DNA of 64,000 nucleotides from an uncultured Eubacteriales bacterium (GTDB lineage Bacteria; Bacillota_I; Bacilli_A; RF39; UBA660): NCBI GenBank assembly GCA_963545265.1, contig CAUUHY010000003.1, positions 25,918 to 89,917 of the forward strand, read 5' to 3'. Shown piece by piece: positions 60,026 to 64,000 of this stretch (position 1 is its first letter; each line of letters starts with the position of its first letter). The notes under the pieces were generated by a model. It saw only the letters and a program-made list of their open reading frames with translations, ran no database searches and was not told where the DNA came from. The position numbers and the translations under genes were made by a program.

Positions 60026-60053
60026 TTGAAAAAATGCTTATGTTTGTTATAAT
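60026..60053 (+). promoter_or_regulatory. sigma-A-like promoter for rpmG-efp
   Basis: TTGAAA (60026-60031), 16-nt spacer, TATAAT (60048-60053); RBS aggagg at about 60068. Confidence 0.5.
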
Positions 60054-60080
60054 ATAAAGCAGTATTAGGAGGAAAAAATT

Positions 60081-60245
60081 ATGGCAAAGAATGAAAATAG
60101 ACAACTTAAAACATTTTATTGTGATGAATGTAAAGAAGAAAACTATAGATTAGAAAAAAATGTTAAAAATACAGTAGATAGATTAGAATTAAATAAATAT
60201 TGTCCAAGATGTCAAAAACATACAAAACATAAAGAAAAGAAATAG
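60081..60245 (+). CDS. rpmG: 50S ribosomal protein L33 (not in supplied ORF track)
   Basis: [54 protein letters not shown]; C4 zinc ribbon; strong RBS. Confidence 0.8.
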   Translation: MAKNENRQLKTFYCDECKEENYRLEKNVKNTVDRLELNKYCPRCQKHTKHKEKK

Positions 60246-60253
60246 GATAAGAA

Positions 60254-60811
60254 ATGATAAATATAAACGATGTAAGAAGCGGTATGTGTATTAAATATAA
60301 CGATGGATTATATTTAGTATTAGATCAACAACATGTAAAACCTGGAAAAGGATCAGCTTTTGTAAGAACTAAATTAAAAAATGTTCATACAGGAGCAAAT
60401 ATAGATGTTACTTTTAATGCAGGTATAAAAGTTGAAAAAGCTATTTTAAATAAAAAAGAAATGCAATATTTATATAATTCTGGTGATGATTATATTTTTA
60501 TGGATATGGAAGACTATTCACAAATAGAAGTAAAAAAAGAAACACTAGGAAATACTGTAAATTATTTAAAAGAAAATTTAGAAATTATTATGCAATTTTA
60601 TAATTCAGACATAGTAGGAATTATATTACCAGATAAAATTAGTTTTAAAATAACTAGTACAGAACAAGCTGTAAAAGGTAATACATCTTCTGGTGCTATG
60701 AAAGATGCAGTAATTGAAACAGGGCTTACTGTTAAAGTTCCAATCTTTATATCAGAAGGTGAAGAAATTATTGTGTCTACTGAAGACGGAAAATATGTAT
60801 CAAGAGCTTAA
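60254..60811 (+). CDS. efp: elongation factor P
   Basis: VKPGKGSAFVRTKLKN (modified Lys loop), 185 aa. Confidence 0.95.
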   Translation: MININDVRSGMCIKYNDGLYLVLDQQHVKPGKGSAFVRTKLKNVHTGANIDVTFNAGIKVEKAILNKKEMQYLYNSGDDYIFMDMEDYSQIEVKKETLGNTVNYLKENLEIIMQFYNSDIVGIILPDKISFKITSTEQAVKGNTSSGAMKDAVIETGLTVKVPIFISEGEEIIVSTEDGKYVSRA

Positions 60812-60839
60812 ATACAAAATATTATTTTGTATTTTTTTT
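60812..60839 (+). terminator. rho-independent terminator
   Basis: atacaaaat-att-attttgtat followed by tttttt. Confidence 0.65.
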
Positions 60840-60880
60840 ATGTTTATATTAATATTTATATAGTAGGAGAGATAAATAAT

Positions 60881-61210
60881 ATGAATATAAATAATTTTAA
60901 TAAATTTAAAAATCCTTTAAATAATAGTTTTAGCTTTAAAGTACAAAATAAAAATATGAATTATAATAATAATGCCAATAAGACGAGTTTAGGTTTTAAT
61001 AGTCTAAACGAGTTAAAAAAGAACTCTTTAAATACTAATACACTTGATAATCAAAAACACTTAGAGAATAGTGTTAATTCTTTTAATATAAGAAAACCAA
61101 AAGAAGAAGATATATTTAAAAGTAATCATTTTTCTTCTATTGATGTTATGGATGAATCTGGAAGAAATATAATTCAAACAGAAATGAGAAATAAAGGAAG
61201 TAATTGGTAA
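60881..61210 (+). CDS. Asn-rich hypothetical protein (109 aa)
   Basis: RBS taggagag then ATG at 60881 (the upstream in-frame start at 60827 lies inside the efp terminator). Confidence 0.35.
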   Translation: MNINNFNKFKNPLNNSFSFKVQNKNMNYNNNANKTSLGFNSLNELKKNSLNTNTLDNQKHLENSVNSFNIRKPKEEDIFKSNHFSSIDVMDESGRNIIQTEMRNKGSNW

Positions 61211-61216
61211 AATAAA

Positions 61217-61246
61217 AAAATCTAGTTTTAAACTAGATTTTTTTAT
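61217..61246. terminator. bidirectional terminator between convergent genes
   Basis: aaaatctagttt-aaa-actagatttt flanked by an A-run (5') and a T-run (3'). Confidence 0.65.
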
Positions 61247-61830
61247 TTATTACAATCATTACAAATTTTTATTTGTTCTATAGAACTTTTTAATTTTTCA
61301 TTTAAAGCATTTATCTTTTCGTCAGTCCAATATGTTAATGGATCTACTTTATCTTTAGATAAATCAGATGTTTCATCATCTGTTTCAAGAATTTTTCCAT
61401 CTTTTGCTATCAGTAAAAAAGGTACGAATATTCTTTTATTTCCTAAATCATCATTTTTTAATCTATCTTTTAGTAAATTAACTAACTCTTGATATTTTTT
61501 GCTATTATTTTTTCTATCTTCTCTAATATCTAAATAGTATACTAATTGAAGAGAATTCTTTTTAGCTATATTATCTATTACTTTAACATATTGTTGACAC
61601 CATATACATTCTTTATAACCAATAAATAAAGCAGCATTTCCTTTTTTAACTAAGTTAATAGCGGTATCAATATCAATAATCTTAAATACGTTATCTTTTG
61701 ATAACTTTGTATAAGTATTAGAAAGATTGCTTCTTGCTTTAACTTCTTTATCGAAGTATTCGTATATGAAAAAAGACGCTAGAGTAGATAATATTAATAT
61801 AGTTACAAATAATATAATATTTTTTTTCAT
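61243..61830 (-). CDS. membrane-anchored thioredoxin-like thiol-disulfide oxidoreductase
   Basis: N-terminal TM; CIWC (CxxC) active-site motif; RBS aaggagg at 61838-61844 on the minus strand. Confidence 0.55.
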   Translation of the reverse strand: MKKNIILFVTILILSTLASFFIYEYFDKEVKARSNLSNTYTKLSKDNVFKIIDIDTAINLVKKGNAALFIGYKECIWCQQYVKVIDNIAKKNSLQLVYYLDIREDRKNNSKKYQELVNLLKDRLKNDDLGNKRIFVPFLLIAKDGKILETDDETSDLSKDKVDPLTYWTDEKINALNEKLKSSIEQIKICNDCNK

Positions 61831-61867
61831 AATTCCTCCTTATGTTAGTATTATAACATTTTTAGAT

Positions 61868-61897
61868 AAAAAGAAAAACTTCTATAAATAGAAGTTT
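61868..61897 (-). terminator. terminator following the minus-strand tRNA cluster
   Basis: aaacttcta-taaa-tagaagttt stem; T-run on the minus strand. Confidence 0.5.
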
Positions 61898-61908
61898 AAA
61901 TTTTAAAA

Positions 61909-61984
61909 TGGTGACCAGTACGGGATTTGAACCCGTGAATGCTGCCGTGAAAGGGCAGTGTGTTAACCGCTTCACCAACTGGCC
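61909..61984 (-). tRNA. tRNA-Glu (anticodon UUC), CCA encoded
   Basis: Reverse complement folds as a cloverleaf: acceptor ggccagt/actggtc, anticodon loop CTTTCAC, T-arm acgggTTCAAATcccgt, 3' CCA. Confidence 0.85.
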
Positions 61985-61986
61985 GA

Positions 61987-62063
61987 TGGCGCCTCAACTA
62001 GGACTCGAACCTAGGACCCTCTGATTAACAGTCAGATGCTCTAACCAACTGAGCTATTGAGGC
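61987..62063 (-). tRNA. tRNA-Asn (anticodon GUU), CCA encoded
   Basis: gcctcaa/ttgaggc acceptor, anticodon loop CTGTTAA, T-arm ctaggTTCGAGTcctag, 3' CCA. Confidence 0.85.
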
Positions 62064-62083
62064 ATAATAGTAAACAAATAAAA

Positions 62084-62160
62084 TGGTGGGCCTGGAAGGA
62101 CTCGAACCTTCGACCTCTCGCTTATCAGACGAACGCTCTAACCACCTGAGCTACAAGCCC
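62084..62160 (-). tRNA. tRNA-Ile (anticodon GAU), CCA encoded
   Basis: gggcttg/caggccc acceptor, anticodon loop CTGATAA, T-arm gaaggTTCGAGTccttc, 3' CCA. Confidence 0.85.
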
Positions 62161-62281
62161 GAATAATTTCTTCACTACTCCTAAAGAATATACTAAATTT
62201 TCTAAAAAAGCAATACAAAAATTAAAAAATTTTATTTTTTTTGATTTTATGTTATATTTTAGATGATTGAGGAAGAATTTT

Positions 62282-63565
62282 ATGAAATTTATCAGTAATA
62301 TAAATGAAGAAAAATATGAAGAATTTATGAAGAAAAATGACTTTGCTCATTTTATGCAAAGTTATAGATGGGGGAAGTTTCAAGAAAAAGCTACTAAAAG
62401 AAAAGCGTATTATTTAGGAGTAGTAGATGATAAGGATAATCTTTTATTTGCATGCATGGGGCTAAAGAAAAATTTATATTTAGGTTATTCTTATTTATAT
62501 TTACCTAGAGCATTTTGTACAGATTATAAAAATAAGGATTTGTTAGAATTTTTTATAAAAGAAATAAAAAGTTTTTGTAAAAAAGAAAAAATTATATTTT
62601 TAAAAATAGATCCAGCGTTTATATTAAATAAAGTATCAAATGATGAAAAGAAAATAGAAAAAAATAATGATAAAGAGAGTTTTTTTAAAACTTTAACGTC
62701 TTTAGGATTTATTTCTTTAGGTCTTAATAAATTGTTTGAAAGTGCTCAACCTAGATTTACATATAGAATAGATTTAACTAAAAGTGAAGAAGAAATAGTT
62801 AATAACTTTTCTAAGACATTGAAGAAAAGAATTAAAAAGAGCGAAAACTTCGATATTGAAATAAAAGAGGGAGACTTTAACGATATAGAAGAATTTTATC
62901 GTCTTATGAGACTTACAGAAGAAAGAAAGACTTTTATTCAACATGATATAACTTATTATCAAAATTTATTTGAAATATATAACGAGGGCGAATATAAAGT
63001 AAAATTATATAAAGCTTATGTTTATCCAAAAAAAGTTATTAAGAATTATGAAGATAAGATAAAAAGATTGAATCAAGAAATAGAAGAGTTAAAAACTCAT
63101 GATAATTATAAGAAAAATTATATGAATGAACTTCTAAAACAAATAGAAGATAGTAAAAATTATATAAAAGAATATAATGAAGTATTAGAAAAATTTAAGA
63201 AAGATAAAATTATCTTAAATGCACATATAATAATTTACTATAAAGATATGTGTTGGGCTTTATATGCCGGAAATGAAACAGTATTACTTGATTCATGTTC
63301 TAATTATGGACTTTATAAATATCATATATTAGATGCAAAAAAGAATGGATGTAAGTTCTATGATAATTTTGGAGCAGTATCACTTGAAAAGAAAGATCAT
63401 CCTTTATTTGGTTTAAATACTATGAAACAAAGTTTTGGTGGTGATTTTTATGAATTTAGTGGTGAATTAGACTTAGTTATAAATAAAACTTTATATTTAA
63501 TATTTAAGCTTTTAATACCTATAAGAAGAAAAATAAAATATTTTTTCTTAAGTAAGAAAAAATAA
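62282..63565 (+). CDS. FemAB-family peptidoglycan interpeptide-bridge aminoacyl-tRNA transferase
   Basis: FMQSYRWGKF N-terminal signature of FemABX; about 427 aa with central coiled-coil insertion; ATG 62282 with RBS gaggaag. Confidence 0.8.
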   Translation: MKFISNINEEKYEEFMKKNDFAHFMQSYRWGKFQEKATKRKAYYLGVVDDKDNLLFACMGLKKNLYLGYSYLYLPRAFCTDYKNKDLLEFFIKEIKSFCKKEKIIFLKIDPAFILNKVSNDEKKIEKNNDKESFFKTLTSLGFISLGLNKLFESAQPRFTYRIDLTKSEEEIVNNFSKTLKKRIKKSENFDIEIKEGDFNDIEEFYRLMRLTEERKTFIQHDITYYQNLFEIYNEGEYKVKLYKAYVYPKKVIKNYEDKIKRLNQEIEELKTHDNYKKNYMNELLKQIEDSKNYIKEYNEVLEKFKKDKIILNAHIIIYYKDMCWALYAGNETVLLDSCSNYGLYKYHILDAKKNGCKFYDNFGAVSLEKKDHPLFGLNTMKQSFGGDFYEFSGELDLVINKTLYLIFKLLIPIRRKIKYFFLSKKK

Positions 63566-63649
63566 CTGTAAAAAATTGTAAAAATGATTTAAAATAATAG
63601 CATAAAATAATAAAGTTTGATAAATTTAAGATAGTAGGGAGGAAATATA

Positions 63650-63955
63650 ATGGCAAACGAATACGGTATAGATTACCAATCAGCAGAACGTGGAGTTCAT
63701 GAATTAATAGAAGCGTCAAGTAACTTAAGTAATCTTGTTGGTGTAATAGGAACTGATGTTAATCAGTTTATAGGACAAGGTTGGGTAGGAACAGATGCAG
63801 ATGCATACAAAAATTCATTAGATGGTTTAACTAAAGATCTTATAGCAGAAGCAGATAACATTACTAACTTTGCAAAACAAATTGAAGATACTGCACAAAG
63901 ATATGCAGAAGATGAAAGAAGTAGAGCAACATCTGCACAAGGATTAAACAGTTAA
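63650..63955 (+). CDS. esxA: WXG100-family (ESAT-6/EsxA-like) type VII secretion substrate
   Basis: About 100 aa helical hairpin; W-x-G motif (GQGWVGTDA); RBS gggagg. Confidence 0.8.
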   Translation: MANEYGIDYQSAERGVHELIEASSNLSNLVGVIGTDVNQFIGQGWVGTDADAYKNSLDGLTKDLIAEADNITNFAKQIEDTAQRYAEDERSRATSAQGLNS

Positions 63956-63973
63956 TTAGGAGGGTATAAAATT

Positions 63974-64000
63974 ATGAATGGTGGAAAAACATTATTAGAT
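63974..64000 (+). CDS. 5' end of next gene (truncated by window), likely T7SS locus component
   Basis: RBS ggaggg at 63958 then ATG at 63974 (MNGGKTLLD...). Confidence 0.25.

Noticed and set aside
60827-60880. N-terminal 18 codons of ORF 60827-61210
   Set aside because: They lie within the efp terminator hairpin/T-tract with no RBS. The internal ATG at 60881 is preceded by taggagag.
62267-62281. Upstream TTG start for femAB (ORF track) and TTG start at 3370 for the LmbE-like gene
   Set aside because: ATG codons 15 nt (62282) and 3 nt (3373) downstream have better RBS spacing, so the ATG starts are preferred.
1-64000. Possibility that TGA encodes Trp (Mollicutes code 4), given the extreme AT content
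   Set aside because: Several confidently identified genes terminate at TGA, often as ATGA start/stop overlaps (2660, 34921, 58846), and housekeeping proteins are full-length under the standard code. Standard code 11 applies.
1-64000. CRISPR arrays, IS elements/transposases, integrases, rRNA genes
   Set aside because: No regularly spaced direct repeats, no transposase or integrase-like ORFs, and no rRNA-like GC-rich segments were seen. The only exact long repeat is the 522-bp paralog block.

Overview
This is a 64-kb chromosomal window from an extremely AT-rich (roughly 23-26% GC by eye) Gram-positive, Firmicutes-like organism. It uses the standard genetic code: TGA is used as a stop, including ATGA start/stop overlaps. 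PolC is present together with DnaE, the dnaG-sigA-trmK and rpsP-KH gene order is Bacillus-like, and a FemAB-family gene is present, all consistent with Firmicutes. Nearly all genes are on the + strand. Recognisable genes, in order: a small membrane/signalling-like operon (an EIIB-like protein whose catalytic Cys is lost, a PrsW-like protease); a cell-envelope glycosylation cluster (LmbE/PIG-L deacetylase, YfhO, a CsbB-like GT2, GtrA) with alr embedded; a Cof-type HAD phosphatase; tkt; a Big_2 surface protein; yneF; a family of three paralogous LRR/TSP3-like surface proteins, two of them tandem and sharing a 522-bp identical block; ftsA-ftsZ; mutS with no mutL, followed by two unknowns; a reduced nusA operon (N-terminal-only rimP, nusA, ylxR, infB, rbfA); a two-gene secreted + polytopic-membrane cassette with an anomalous G/A/R/Q/N-rich, GC-elevated tail, sitting where truB-ribF-rpsO-pnp normally follow rbfA; an unlisted rpmB on the minus strand; a replication/transcription supercluster (dnaE with a degenerate PHP domain, a hypothetical, polC carrying a tandemly duplicated 3'-5' exonuclease domain, dnaG, sigA); trmK, rpsP, a degenerate KH protein, cdsA, rseP, an unlisted rpmG, efp; a minus-strand thioredoxin-like protein and a tRNA-Ile/Asn/Glu trio; femAB; and a WXG100 (T7SS substrate) gene at the window edge. 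The most striking element is an island bounded by terminators (39.0-44.9 kb). It encodes a 1610-aa cytoplasmic protein made of about 12 tandem ~57-aa helical repeats (recurring 'G-Y-I-P' motif), a Cys-cluster module and a C-terminal HD phosphohydrolase domain. A small protein is translationally coupled to it, and a 530-bp non-coding region with an orphan terminator follows. This looks like an undescribed multi-domain system. No CRISPR array, IS element or rRNA gene was seen.
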